From Tubiluchus corallicola (Eukaryota; Animalia; Priapulida), in the NCBI GenBank assembly GCA_030141605.1, contig JAQGDQ010000277.1, positions 1 to 64,000 of the forward strand: a stretch of 64,000 bases of DNA. Reading direction: 5' to 3'. Both the position numbers and the translations under genes were made by a program. Below the pieces are notes generated by a model that was not told where the DNA came from, ran no database searches, and was given only the letters and a program-made list of their open reading frames with translations. Below, piece by piece: positions 27,594 through 42,000 of the stretch (position 1 is its first letter; each line of letters opens with the position of its first letter).

Positions 27594-30559
27594 GGTAACG
27601 GTATTGCTTTCCGCTGCGCCGCTCACGTGACATCATTGTACACGACCAAGCGGACCAGCACGACCAACCCGTGTCAGACGACTGTCACAGCCACACGAGC
27701 AGGGTCAGTCGATTTTTAAGTTTAACAGACACAACCGTTTGTCGCCGACTGTAAAACAAAAAAAAATTAAAACTAAGCAACAAATTACGATCCCGCTTTC
27801 GCTTTAGCACTATTTTAAAATAATTTTGGTTTGACTGGCGTGGTATCGAATCTCACACCCTTCTGGAAGGAAAGCAAATGCGTTGCCAATGTACCGGTTG
27901 GTCACTGTAGTCATAGGCCTAACTCAGAAAAGAAATATCTAATTAGTAGTCTTCTAAACATTCAATCTCAAGTAGGCCTATTAGGCCTGTAGGCATAGAC
28001 CTACTGGAATTATGTGTAGGCCTTACACTCACTCACTCTTTAATTAGGACATGCTTTTGTAATACGATGAACACTTTTTTGCTGAGATTAACAAACTCTA
28101 GTAAATGCGTATCATACATTTTGTGGATGCTTTTCTAAGTTCACATTTGATTATGATAAAAAATAATTATTTACTACTATTTATTCAATTTTATGAATTT
28201 TAGATTATTCATTATACTTTGCAAATCATACTTCGCAAATTTGCATCATACCTATTCATTGTGATAGGCAATTTTTTTTAGTTGGCCCGTCTATTCAGAC
28301 AGCTAATATGGCATGCGAAAACAGTTATATTTTTCACACTGGCGGTTAGCTGTTTAACTTTTTTGATCAAACTAAAATTTCTGTAACACTGTACCCATTG
28401 CTATATGTAGGAGTTTAATGCTGGCAGTACTACTTTTTGCCATGTGTATTTCAGTAATTGTTTAATCAATTACTCGAGAGCGTATTGATTTAAAAATTGT
28501 ATAGACTTAGGCCTAAATTAGTTCACTTGCGATTCAGTTCAATTTTTTTTATTACTAAAGTAGAAAGATGTCACCGAGTTGACTTTGGTTTTATATAGCA
28601 AAGGTTTGGTTTTAAAATTCTTATGGTGATTTGCCGAGAGCTGTTCGCCTCGAAATGTGATTAGTATCTATTATCAATTTCTCAACCTGTGCAAATGTTT
28701 TGACAAACGGTAGAAATAACACAAAAGTTTGTTTAATGTAACAGGTTTCTGTACAGAAAACCGTAGAAATTACAACCTGCTTCACAGTTGAATATAATTT
28801 TATTGTGTAGTTATCGGAAATGGTTTGCCAGTATTTTCCAAAAACATTCTGCTTAAAATTCATAGTACAAGAACACACTCATACGCTTGATGGTGCAATA
28901 AAAATGCATTTGTTGTGTATAGTGTTTTTTGCTTCCACAAAAATATTCCAACACGGCTTGTGCAGTTTGGGCAACCATAATTATTTCAGGCTTTATAGAA
29001 CTATATTCCGGTGATGCGCGCCACTAATAAACGAATTATGATTCTTACTAACTTCTGAGTAGAGGAAAACACCATTTAACATGAATGGAATTCACACTGC
29101 AGTCTACACTGTAACTACTCAGAAATCACAGATGTCACAATCACAATGACGTAGACAGTGTTAACAATAACACCAGGAACGACGACGACAACATCGATGA
29201 CGATGACGACGACGACCACAATAAATGGGAAAATACCGATAATCAACAGAAAAAGAAAAAAGTTATTATAAAAATGTAACAAACAAAAATATTAAAGAAA
29301 AAGGCGGTGAAGAAGATGCAACAAACAAGTATAATAAAGAAGTACGGAAAGAAGTCATTAAGACAATGAGTAATTAAGCCTACAGATTCAAAAATTCGAT
29401 GAAGTAAATTAAGATAAGTTTTGTTTTGTCAGCATCGACTGTCAATAATCATTCAAGTACCTAAAATTTATTTATAACAGCATAACTTATTCGTTTCAAC
29501 AGCTTTTGCCTGAATTGGTTTAGTGGTTTACCACTCGCTTCGCACGGCTAGTGTAGCACGATTCACGTCTAAGTGATTTATTGGGTACCTTTAATGACGT
29601 TCTCAGAACTGTGTGGAGAATGAGATCATAATTAGTTGTCGATTAAGCTTGTTTATAGTTAATTAAAGGTTCAAGGACTCTCATATAAGTAGTTAACATT
29701 CATAAACAGGAAAAAGCCACCGTTTACAGCTATTGTTACTATATTATAATTCATAAATAACTTATAAATTATGAAATTAACTACCTATAATGCAAAAGTT
29801 CTAAGGGGTTTGTCATTTAAAAATTTAAATATCTTAAAATCTTAATGCCTTAATTGCATAATATCTTATGATTATTATGATGCACGATTTAATGGAAAAT
29901 AGGATGCTTTTTCATATCCTATTTCATTTTGATGTAAGGCAAAAAGTTTACACTTTGACGCCTATGATAATGCCAAAGTGTTTCTGATAATTCAATAATA
30001 GGTTAAAAACTAAATTAACGGTAGGCGAGCCCAACTAGTGATGACCAACTAGCTGAAAATATTTTTCAACAGTACAAACATTTCACGAGCGTGTTGCACG
30101 TGCTTGCGAAAGCAAAAATTGAAGTACAGTGCTACTGTACAGCATTCAGTGTGACATACAACAACTTTGAATTCAAGTTTCACGTATAACGGTGTGCCCA
30201 CGCATTGGCTAGGAACGCGTGCATTACATCACAACCTACGAACTGAGAGGTTTTCTGTGCAATGCGTTTCCGAGACACCGGCGTTAGCCCCCATCTAACT
30301 AACGAATGGAAGGAGCATGCTGAAGAACTAGCCGCGCGAACGCGAAATTAACATTCTGCCGCAACAATTTTTTCATGTAAGTTATTCTTGAAAAAATAGT
30401 ATGTTATCTTTAAATATTTTTACAGAATAGATTTTTAAGTTATAGTGTAAGACAGGATCCAGCTTTCCTGTAAGTTAATATGTGTTGTTACATATACTAC
30501 TTTACGAGCTTAATAAATCATATTTAAAAACACCGAATTTTCTTTTACAAGCCTATAAT

Positions 30560-30795
30560 TTATCAATAAAAACTTATTTTCTTGCGCAATTTCCAATCGT
30601 TTTTTGCCAACATTGAAGGAGTTGTTCCTGCTCCCATCCCACTCTGCCACAAAGTTTTGTGAAAATCGGTGAAGTAGCTTTGGCGTAGTCTTGTAAACAG
30701 ACAGACAAACAAACAAACGTACAAACATACAAACACGCAAACGAACAAACAATCAAACAGCGGTGAAACGTAAGCCTCTTGCTGGAAGTATAATA
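30560..30795 (-). mobile_element. Helentron/DINE-1-like non-autonomous element fragment
   Basis: Minus strand reads CTTCCAGCAAGAGGCTTACGTTTCACC, then (GTTT/GTCT)n, then CACCGATTTTCACAAAACTTTG, the usual layout of these elements. Confidence 0.55.
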
Positions 30796-33700
30796 AAGCT
30801 TAATTAATATAGTAAAAAATCTTTGAAATTCACTGACCTTTTTTTAAAATTTGGTATACACAGATGTAATCAGTTGTCAGACGCAATAATAAAAAAAGAG
30901 ATTCTTGCCTTCTCGAGAACAGTTATAGTTTTTCAAGTGAACGGAAGGCACTCAGAGAGAGGTGTTAAATTTGGGCGCAGACATAAATTCAGCCCCTTGT
31001 TACTCATTAAATCATACACTCAGATGTGCTTGTAAATTTTACTTCGCGTTTACTGGTATCATTAATTTTCAAACGCAGAAACTGAGGGGAGTTTTTTGGG
31101 AAAATGTGCAGTATCAATGGCATTGTAAAAGCTTTCAGTTAGTTACATCCTGAAATATTGTTAAAAAGAAGAACTAAAATTCATTACCCAACACAAATAC
31201 TGTTTTTAGTTTAGGTCGTTATTTGTTAAAAAACTATATTTTTGTGACCAAAGTAGTTTATCGCACATCACACATTTTGTAACAAAAAATACTTGCTTAA
31301 TTATATCTGCGCTTCAAATTTACTGTTTGGGAACTTTGTTTTATGCGTACATAGAATGTATTTTTACAAAAGTGCGAACAATTTTGATGTGTAATTATAC
31401 TATGCAATAGTTTCAACTATTTGATAAATTAATTATCACTTACTTATAACAAAGCTGAAATTTTTCAGAAAATGAGACTATCCAATTATTTTAATAATTA
31501 ATTTTTGTTTTCTGTATCATAATAAGAATGCAAGAAAAACATACATTTCAAAAAATAATATTATAATACAGCTAAATATGGCTTTTGAGTGAGTGGTCTC
31601 ATGTTAATTTCACGTTACAACAAAAATATACGGTTCAATAAAACTATAATTATGACACTGAGATGATCATGCCATCTCGTGGCACCTCTAAGGACAAGTA
31701 TTTGCGTTTTTATTACCACTTGTAAGAAGCCCTGTGGTTCATGTTTTTTTACTGCAACATCAATGTCTAATTTCTGCAATGTGACACCTCATTTGTATGT
31801 ACGCTGTGTATATTTTAGCCTTTTGAACTTTTTTTTATTGTGTATGTGTATACTACTTGTATTAGATGAGGCGTAGGCCCTTAAAGTAATTCTCTATGAG
31901 TGTTGGGTTCTAGACTTGAAAATGTGTCGGATGCCCTTTTCATCCCGGAATTTCCCGCTAGCTTCCCTTATGTCTTCAATAACAGGCAAAAAGCGGTGCC
32001 CCAGGTCTGACAGTAGGGAATTCACTGGGTCTAAAACTTGGCTGGGCTAATCGACGTGTCAGACCGAGCATGTTGACTTCACTCCGACGTGTAAAATGGG
32101 CGTGCTTTTTAAATAAACATTATCACTTACTTTTAATGGTTTCATTGCGCGTCACCTATGGGCAGACTTAAAATTCAAATTTAACCGACTCCTGGATGTT
32201 GTTAGAAAATTCTGTCCGGAATTACGGACACATTTCCTGATAGTTCCAAAACTTCCAGTCTTCAATACGAAGTCTGTTTTGTAATATTCCTTGACTAGGT
32301 GAGATTTAAGAGGATGGTTCTTTGATGTGGTGCCGCCAGCGTGGCAGCGTTAGATATACTTGATTATATTTTGACAGAGATACCGCTCGCTGTTTACCTA
32401 GTATATTATTCTACTCTTCCTTATTGGATGGACCAGCTGACTTTCGCCAATTCCCTGACAAGAGCTACTTTGCTTTTCAATTTTATCTGGAGGGATTACA
32501 ACTTAAAAAAAGTCAGCTTTAAGCGAATTTGGTATTATAATGGGGGGAGGGGTTATAACGAGATTTGACTGTGTATAATTTCTGTGAATCACACGAAATA
32601 AAGACGATTTTCATAGGCAAAAATTTTACCCTGTTATATTCATCCTATTATCATTTATAATTAATATATCGATTTATAGAGGATTTCCATTCAAAAATAT
32701 GAACATCAATGTTTTTTAAACATGATGTAAACTTTATTTTGTACGTTTCGGCTGTGCAAACAGCTGTCGACAGCCAACTAAGCATACAATAACAAAATAG
32801 AATGGACTGATGACTGCTTGCATAACCGAAACGTACCAAATAAAGTGCTGCATCGCTGGTCTTCATATTTTTAGCTAGACTTCGTTTTCCGCCCAGTAAA
32901 AACCTATTTGCAGTCAACTTGCAGTAGACCAATAAATCCTTAATGAAATGTTCAACTTCTTATAAAACACTGCTCTAACCCCTATACTTAATGCATCCAT
33001 GTGAGATATAATGTAACGTTTCCCAGCCGTTTGGGGTCGCATCTCGAAATTTGCAAACAAATTGCTATGAAAATAAAATTAATTGATTAGTCCCTCTTTT
33101 GTTTTTATTCTTATAGAAAATTTGCAATAAAAAATTGATGTTACGAAGATTAAAATCGAGAATGGCTATTTTGAGAAACCAATAAACATGTTTTTATACC
33201 TATAGAATGGCTGATGCATACCAATAATGGTTTTATTACTAGCTTTTTTGTCGAATAGCGTGCCAGTATTCTCAATACTTCTTGCCACATCGTTGACACA
33301 GGTTGTGATTTTGCTTTGAATAGGCATTAAAATTACTGCTCTAAATTAACCGATTGACTGTTTGACTGCATGACAGTTCGTTAACTAATAGAATAATCAC
33401 CGCCACTTAAGGGAGCAGACTGATCAATTTACCAGTAAGTCAGTCAGTCTGTTAATGAATCAACCATTACGCACACATTGTCTTTATTTTTATTATAACA
33501 TTAATAAAATTATATCAGTATTAATAAAAATTGACGGCTCAACAGACAACAACAAGATATTAAAAACGTGTCGCACGCGAAAAACATTCGATGCGCCGCG
33601 TACTGATACAACATAATTATGTTGAAAATGCCATGTAATAAAACTGGATTAACTTATATCAGTTGTCAAACACTCGCTGGCAGGCGATCTGACACCATGA

Positions 33701-34327
33701 ATAAATAGATAACCTCGCGATCAAAGAATGTTGGTAATAATGAAAGCGTCATGACTCCGGGAAGCTGAGGCACTCATTTCATCTGCATCCAGCGAAACAC
33801 AGCTGCATGTTTTTTTTAACTTTCCGAGTACGAGTTGTCGTCGGGCGTCTGCTGCAGCCGTTTATGACGCTAGTTAGTTACGAGACCGCTTTTATTTGCC
33901 GGTGCCGAAACTTGGCTTCCACTTTGTCTGTTACTAGGAAATGGATCTTACTGTTAAATAAGTTTATGGTTCCATCAATGTAGTAGAGTCACCATAATTT
34001 TTGAGGCTGCTTCCCTCAAAGAATTGATCATTGATTCATACATGTCAAAAACGTACTTTCGAACAAAATCGAACTCAGCAGTTTTCGCTGATACCCTGCA
34101 ACTTCTCAGTCTAGATTCTTAAAATGTGTCAGCGAACCATGTCCACATTTTCTCTAACATTTTCTCACCACAAGTTTTGCCCATGAAATAACACATATCC
34201 TATATTGCAGGATGTCGTTACTCTTCGTAAGCCATGTCGTCAAGGTTTAATGCAGAAAAGCATTCGAAGGTTTTAAGCATTTCTTAGTGGTTTTCATTTG
34301 TGTTAATTAAGCGACAAAAACGAACCT

Positions 34328-35800
34328 TCATAAGCGTACTGAAGCAGTGAAAGACGTAGATGAATAAGTGAGCGAATAATTAGATAAGTTGCTATTCTGA
34401 TAAGCCATCCTTCTCCGAGAACGTACATAGAAGTAGTTCCTGACGCAACCAGGACAGCAAGTGCACATGGTCTTGTAGAACGCACGCCTAAAGTCCCTGC
34501 TGGATAACGAGTAAATCACTGGATTTATTCCTGAATTGATGTATCCCAGCCAAGTGAAGAGTGGCCAGATGATATCTGGTCGAACAATGCACTCAGAGCA
34601 AATGCCAGAAAGCACGTTCGTGACAAAAAATGGCAGCCAACATATCACAAAAGCACCAACCACGATTCCTAGTGTCTTTGCAGCCTTTTGCTCTTTGGCC
34701 ATTTTTGCCAGTTTTTTGCTGAGCGAGAAGTTCTTGAAACGCCGCGTAGCATTTGTGCTGCCATTTGGTGGAGCCAAAGTCATCATAGGTCGGTTGGAGA
34801 AACCATCTACGGTTTCATCGCTAGGTAGATCTGGTGTACAACCTCTTCGGGTAGTGTTCCTTTGCAACTGCAATTGCCGTTGCTGTTCACGTAACTCTCT
34901 CTCACGAACTGAGCGGCGACGGCGTGAGCCACCACGATGGATCCGCAGTGTCATCGTCATGCCATCTGCGTTCCTTTCTGCCATTTTCTTTGAGCCAGTT
35001 TTTAAACTCTGTATTTGCTTATTGGCAGCTTTAAATATCTTACAATAGGCAAATAACATTATTAATAGTGGAATATAAAAGGAGACCAATGAAGAAAATA
35101 TTAAGTACCCCTTGTCTTCTGTAAATATGCACAGTTGTGGTGGATAGCCTCCGGGTGGCATAGCGTTTCGCCACCATATTATTGCGGGAAAACTGATACT
35201 GGCAGAGCATATCCACACCAACGTTATTAACACAAAGGCACGACCAGTTGACATTCTACTGGGGTATGCAAAAGGGTCAGTAATGGCCCAATATCTGTCC
35301 AGCGAAATAACACACAGATTTAAAATTGAAGCAGTACTTCCTAGTACGTCAAACGAGTGCCACAGATCACACCAGTCGGCACCAAAAAGCCAAACATTCA
35401 TTGTAAACTCATGTATGGCAGCAAAAGGCATAACAATAGCACCCTGCAACAAGTCAGCTGTTGCTAGGGACACAATAAAGTAGTTTGTGACGTTTCTTAG
35501 ATACCGCTCCCTAGCAACAGACACCACTACAAGCATGTTACCAAAGACTGTGGCTACGCAGAAGAAGGCAAGCAGAAGTCCCAAAAGTGGACTGCGAGTC
35601 TCGATGACCAATGGTACGGTGACATTAGTCGTGGCATTCGAGTAGTTATCGTAATCGACGGTGGTGGCAGCACTGGCAGATGCATTGAAGTCCAGCTCCA
35701 GAGGGCGCGGGTAGTTGAGACTTGACAGGTAGATGCTTGTGTTTTTCGTGAGCACGTCCTCATAATCCCAGGAGGCAACGTTTGATGTTGGCGAGTTCAT
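34328..35800 (-). CDS. Dop1R2: Invertebrate-type dopamine receptor (Dop1R2/DAMB/INDR class), rhodopsin-family GPCR, 490 aa, single coding exon
   Basis: Seven TM helices. WLFGADWCDLWHSFDVLGSTASILNLCVISLDRYWAITDPFAYP carries the TM3 Asp and DRY. TM5 FSSLVSFYIP has the catechol-binding Ser residues. Also KEQKAAKTLGIVVGAFVICWLPFF and NPVIY. First ATG at 35800; 5'UTR splice acceptor TTTCTGTTTGCAG at 35857-35855. Confidence 0.9.
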   Translation of the reverse strand: MNSPTSNVASWDYEDVLTKNTSIYLSSLNYPRPLELDFNASASAATTVDYDNYSNATTNVTVPLVIETRSPLLGLLLAFFCVATVFGNMLVVVSVARERYLRNVTNYFIVSLATADLLQGAIVMPFAAIHEFTMNVWLFGADWCDLWHSFDVLGSTASILNLCVISLDRYWAITDPFAYPSRMSTGRAFVLITLVWICSASISFPAIIWWRNAMPPGGYPPQLCIFTEDKGYLIFSSLVSFYIPLLIMLFAYCKIFKAANKQIQSLKTGSKKMAERNADGMTMTLRIHRGGSRRRRSVRERELREQQRQLQLQRNTTRRGCTPDLPSDETVDGFSNRPMMTLAPPNGSTNATRRFKNFSLSKKLAKMAKEQKAAKTLGIVVGAFVICWLPFFVTNVLSGICSECIVRPDIIWPLFTWLGYINSGINPVIYSLSSRDFRRAFYKTMCTCCPGCVRNYFYVRSRRRMAYQNSNLSNYSLTYSSTSFTASVRL

Positions 35801-36875
35801 GATGTCCACAAATCATCCTGCCGCAGCAGCAGCAGCTTCAGCATCACCTGATCTCTGCAAACAGAAAACAGATAAATGAGTTGAAATGAAAGTTGGGAAA
35901 ATTTTATTGCCTTGTCTGGTAACGTTTCTCACGCGCTGAAATCAGACCCGGGCATCTCATTAAAGTGATTAAATCAATTAAACGAGTTAATGAAGTATTT
36001 AAATAAATTATTCAGAAAAGCGTGGTAAATAAGGGTTAAGGTATCAGGGCAGAGGCTACTCAAATGGAAAATGGAAATAAAGTTAATGTAAATACCGGGC
36101 CTGGAACTTCTGCAGGTTTCAAAATCGTTTACAAATTTAGTCTGTTCTTTATTGAATACTTTTTATGCATTTGTAATTGTAAATTAATTAAGCAGAAGAT
36201 ATTCCTGTAGTGTAACAGCTCATAAATAAAAGGGAGATATATACCAGATTTGCACTGCAAATACCCAAACTTCTGAAAGGGAGGACGGAAAGAAGAAGTG
36301 TAGAAGCATAAAGAGAGAGAAGATGAGGAGCAGAAAGAGAAAAAAGTAAAAAAATTAAGGCAAACAACGAAGAAAAACTCGCTTAGGTTATCTCCATGCA
36401 ACCTAGAAACTTGTCACGGTGAAACTGGGATATAATGTCGAATATTACAATGATGGAAACCAATCAACTTCGCAATATTCTTCATCAAGTGGTTGCCTCG
36501 GTAATTGCTATGTGGCGAGGATAAGTTTCATAATCAGTTTGCATCAAATGCGATAATAACTTGTAAGTCGAGTGCAGCGGCTCGCTATAATTACGCAATT
36601 ATTCCTACTTGGCGTACGAATAACAGCTGCTCGTTTGCATGGCTTCGTTAATGAAGGACCTCATATAGTGGTTTTTGGTATAATCAGCATTCAAGAACAT
36701 GCGAGAACAGTGAGATCAGACATCCGTAGACTGCTTTAATAAGTGAGATGATAGGCAGGGCTTCTACCAATGTGAAACGACAAATGATTTATGAGCTTCA
36801 TGGTATGATTTACATGCACCATGCTATTTGATGCTACAACAGCGCTATTATCTTCGTAATACTCTGCAATACATG

Positions 36876-36992
36876 ATCATCGTCATCATCGCTATCATCG
36901 TCATCATTATCATCGTCATCACTATCATTATCGTCATCGTGATTATGACCACCTGTACCACTTCATCATTCATTGTCGTCATCATAGTCATC
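36876..36992. repeat. Degenerate (CAT)n
   Basis: CAT/CGT/TAT triplets. Confidence 0.8.
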
Positions 36993-38862
36993 TTTTTCTG
37001 TTAGGATATTTGCTCCCAACTGTAATGAATTCACAGGATTTACAGGATTCACATAGAAAGTATTTTTATGACTCGTCACACGAACAACTCTGTCAACTTA
37101 GCAAGCCGCTGTCCCGCTTTTGCCTTTCACTTTTTTACACTTTTAATGTTTCTAAAATCTAAATGTAGACCACGTTTTGAGTTTGACTGACTCGTACAAA
37201 ACAAATTTGGAACTTAATTTTTTAATTTAAAAAAAAACTATCATTATTAACAGTGAAATTGACACCCCGTAATTATATTTCTGATGATTTTAGCTTTTTA
37301 GACTGAAAGGATTCTAGCTTTTGCTAACAATTCTATCACAATTCTGTTAAATCATTGCTATTGATCTGTTATTACAAGAAAGTTAACACCGAGTCATCGA
37401 TTCTCACTTTATATTTGACTTGAGCTTAAATTGCTGGTCATGTATTTTGATATAGCTGGTCGCCTTTCAGTAATCTCGTATCTACTTCACGCTTATCATT
37501 GGCAGAAAACTTGGGTAGATTAAAACCTGCCGGTAGAAAGGCACGTATCGCTAAAATGAAATCTGCACTTTTCATCAAGATCAATTTGTACAACGAGATG
37601 GTTTTCTTTGACCCACGCTGGGCATTGTGTTAAAAAACCTGGCTTCTGAAAAATGATCTGGCTTCAGCATTTTTACGCTGAGATCGCTAATTTATTCCCT
37701 TCTTATTGATTCGCTTAAGTGTTTTAAGATGTTTGCGGGTTTAAGACACTGAACACCTAGCATGAAAATTAAGCAGTTCTGAAAATTATCTTCATCCCGA
37801 ACGTACATAAGTTTCAAAATGTCAGTCTTGTGTTAATAGCACTGCTGTTGGGAACTTGTTAATCGCCTAATACACATTTAATTTACACTGTTTATCATCA
37901 AGCAGCAGTAGTCACTGATATTGGATCCGCCCCAGATGCTTCTGTTGCACGTGTTATGGATAACTCAGAACAAAGAAGCTGACAAACTCTGCCTGCAACG
38001 TCCCAGTTTTTAATAATGCACCGCAGTCTGATTGTATCCCTCACTATAAGTGACAAAGGCCTACAAATGTCATAAGTAATAAAAGTGGTAATGTAACTCT
38101 TTACCTATGAGACGTTATTATGGTGAGGGATTAATTTAGTGCTGGAATAAAAACGCATTAAAAAGCATCGCAAAAGTAAAGCCTCGAGTGATTCAAGCTA
38201 AACCTGAAATACTACTAATAGCAAATTGTAAGTTGAAATAAAAACAATAAGAAAGAATACATGCATTCCGCGCACTACATGAGGTGCAAAAAAGTGAGTT
38301 GTAGTTTATAACTCAATAGAAAAATGGTACATCTTAGTTAGAGTGTAGGCGTTTTCGCATAATGTTGCTTTGTAGAGAATTTTCATAGCGTAATAATGTT
38401 CAACTGACAGCTGAATGCATGTCATTCCGGGTAATTAAGATCAAATTAGATAGTGATGTTTATACCTCTTTGTTTGCCTGGAGTCAATTTAAATAAGTCC
38501 TTCACTGAGTGGGTGTTTGAAGTATTCAAGGTAAGCTATCGTCATCGCCGTCGTCATAATGGAAGTTGTCGTCCTTATTGGCATTGTTGTCAGTATAAAA
38601 AAGCTAGCATCACCACCATCAGACCGGGTTCCTAGCCATGTTCCAATGTGCATAACTCCTTAACGAGAGATACAGCTAGACAGCATGGCAGATGTAACTA
38701 TCCGAAACCACTTTTTTTGTGGTCACCTATCCAGTTATTAATCAGGCCGTGACCACTCAGAAATTTCCCCCTCGCCATTTGCTGGTTATTCGTTCAGCGT
38801 TTGACTTGTATATAATCTGTTCTGTTGTACTTCACTTCCTTCTTTCCTTCCTTCCTTTGTCA

Positions 38863-39055
38863 GGCTGGGTGGTCAAGTGGTCTAGATTTCGGACTGCATC
38901 CACGCATTTTTGGGTTCAAGTCTAGTGACTGCAACGCTAGGACACACACCTTGCATGTTATACATTGTTTGTGTGTTGTGTACTTACCTGTATTGTGGTC
39001 GTTAAATAGCCGTTTGTGCTAATGTTTCTGTTAAACGAGCAACGGTAAATAAATG
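38863..39055 (+). mobile_element. tRNA-derived SINE-like element
   Basis: A-box TGGTCAAGTGG at 38870-38880 and B-box GGGTTCAAGT at 38912-38921. No complete cloverleaf; A-rich end near 39050. Confidence 0.5.
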
Positions 39056-42000
39056 TCTTTTGTTTAGTCTTCACACACCGGGTCAGCAGTAGCGTGGTTT
39101 TCGTAGTTATGGTGGTTATATCGTTTGTCAAGTCATTCAGTTAATCGGTTTTTCATTTTCAACCAAAACGACTTATAAGTATTTGTGCCTAGATTGTTGT
39201 TTATATCATTGCATCCTCTAATTGTGATTAGCCCTTTACAAATCATTATTTAACTAAATCTTTCCCTACAGTTCTTGTACAGAAAATGTCGCCTTATATC
39301 AAAGTCAAAAAAGAATTCTACGATCGCAAATTTAGTATGGTCATCTCTGCGTATTTTTACTGCAAGAAATGCGCCAGACAGACAATTCAAGACGCTGTTT
39401 CGCACGTTTTGTAATATTTTTTTCCTCATCAGTAGCAGCTTTCGTTGATTAACTGATGTTTGTCTTTCCATCTAACACAAGTGTGTGGTCGAATGCAGAA
39501 TGCTTCTTTGTTTCAAGGGAAATCAATGGCTCAGTTTGCATTTGGCACTTGCAACATTAGGAATGATTGCTTGCTTCCATTGCAATTCTTCTTGGACCAG
39601 GTTCGGCAAGAAGAAGAACAAAGAAAAATAGGTATTTTTTATTTACGTATCACGAAATTTCTTTCAGCAAATTCTATGCAACAAGCTACATCCAAAATCT
39701 TATTAATTGGCTTGTTTTTAAAATTTCAGCTAGCTAGTGCTCACCAAGTTTATTGCGTCCATTTATGTAGATGGGTTCCATGTATATTTTTTGCCTTTGT
39801 GATCAATCATCATTATGCCAATTGCATTAGAAATTTGACCTTATCAACTACTATTGAGGTTACTCGTGACAGTTTGTCATGCCATGTATACGATCAAATA
39901 TCAAAGTTACATCTAAATGACAAAAACTAGTTTGTAGTGAATTTTCTCAATAAAGTATGTTTTTTCTTTTATGATTTCCAATTTTAACTGTAGTATTACA
40001 TAATACTTTACGTAGCAAATAACCATAATTCTCTGTTATAAAAAAACGTATTGCAAAATGTATATGCAGTTAACTGCTATTCAGACGGTGACCAAGAAAT
40101 TCCACAAAATCAGCATTTTTCAATAATGTGTATCTCCAATTTGTCTGACACCACCCTTTGTGCTAGAGCAATTACATATGAGCCACTCACAATTGAGCAG
40201 CAGGGATAAACCTCTCACTGCGTCAACGAAATGTTTGAGTGATTAATGAGCACAAGAAGTTAAGCAGGCAAGCAAGAAATTAAGCAAGCAAAAAAACAAG
40301 CGAATGGTTCGGCCAGGAATCAGTCTTCTGGCAATAGCGAACGTATGAAGACCCCTTCTAAAGGTCTGATTGAAACAAAATTGTAATTACTCGCACATTA
40401 ACTCGTGGTCAGCATAGTCGTGGAGGAGGATATACTGGAAGTCTTGAAGCAGGAAGTGCTTAACATAATTAAATTTGGGCATATTTTACAATGAAAGTAT
40501 AGCATTTTTCTCTCTGCCAGTCTTACACATTTAGAAATATAACTGCGTATGCAGAAATTAAATTGCAGAATGTTATGCAAATGAAATTTAATCTTGTGTT
40601 ATTCTGTTTTCACTTTTCCTGCTGGTTGTAATTGGTGAAATTACAGAATTCAAATAAAACATTTGCTTCTAATTATTTCTAGTTGATAGAGTACAAAAAC
40701 CTTGTAAAACAGTTGTACATTTGGGATTGCACTGAGCTCTGCTAATGTCAAGTCAACCGTTGTAAGTGCTTCCCTCCAAGCAAAACGATGATTTAAAATG
40801 ACTTCGATATTATAAACTCCGACGGAAACCGTCGTTTTTGAAAACATTGGTTACGGTCGGGAAAGCAGCGGAAATAGTTTTATGTGTGGCGACTCAAGGG
40901 GGACGGGCATTAAAGGCGAGGTTAAGCCATTAAACGTGGAAAAGTTATTTCTCTTTAATCAATATTACAATTTTTATGCAAGCTGAGTAATTTATGCCAC
41001 TTACTCAAGTGCCAATCCGTTATAACATTTAAACGAATGAAACCATTTTGCGTATTTAAACTTGCGCTATGGTGACTATCATTAGTATGTAAAAGACAAA
41101 TACATGTAGATATGTAAGAAACAAGTTCTTTCTACGTTACTGCAACAAATTTGATTTTGAAATTGCTACGAGAAAAATGTCATCACCGCGTGACAAATAA
41201 TTAATCTTTGAAGGTAGCCTTTGTGTTTTATTTTAGTTTTTTCACGAAGAAAACTTATAAATTCAATGAGTGCCATTAAACCCATTTTTTTCATTTTGTT
41301 TCTAGCTTGAGAAAACATGTGTTACCGTGTATTTAGAAAAAAATCTGGTACAATCTGTGATCTATGACACACCTGAACTTTAACACACCTCACATTCTTA
41401 TTACACTAATCGTGTGACAGTATTCCCCAAAGTATGCATGTTCTGAGCTACATGGCACGCAAAGCTAATGCACCCAGTCGTTGTTTAAAACACTTCGTTT
41501 AAAAATTGATGATGCGTATTTTGTAATTTTGTTAAAATTTTTAAGATACATTTACAGCTGAGCAGAACGAAATAGTCAAATGTACGTCACTACTATCCAA
41601 AGAAAAAATTCTCTGGTGACATTCTCTCGTAAAGATAACGTAATCACGATTTTAGCGTGCTAATAACCTCATTACGTCATTACGGGTATATATATACACC
41701 AGTTTAGGCGCTTACAGAGTTGATCACGTGAGTCGAAGTAACACGTTTTTATCTCCACTGATCATGAATAATAAAATAGTCCGTGCACTACAGTAAACTC
41801 AAGTGAAGCGCCTTAGTTCTGTCTAAGAAAATTGTTTTCTGCTAACGCGAATATGCAAAGCAAGTATATTATGTTGGCCTACTAAGTGCTACTTGTTGTA
41901 TGTTGTATTTTGTGAAATTTATGGTGGTATTGTCTGTTATTTGGAATGAAGTTTATTTAATTCAATTCATTTCTAATTAAGTTTGAGGACGGCTTAATTT

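Noticed and set aside
27594-27626. GTG start of the ORF track for CFAP74 (likewise 35809 for the GPCR)
   Set aside because: Eukaryotic gene; the first in-frame ATG is preferred.
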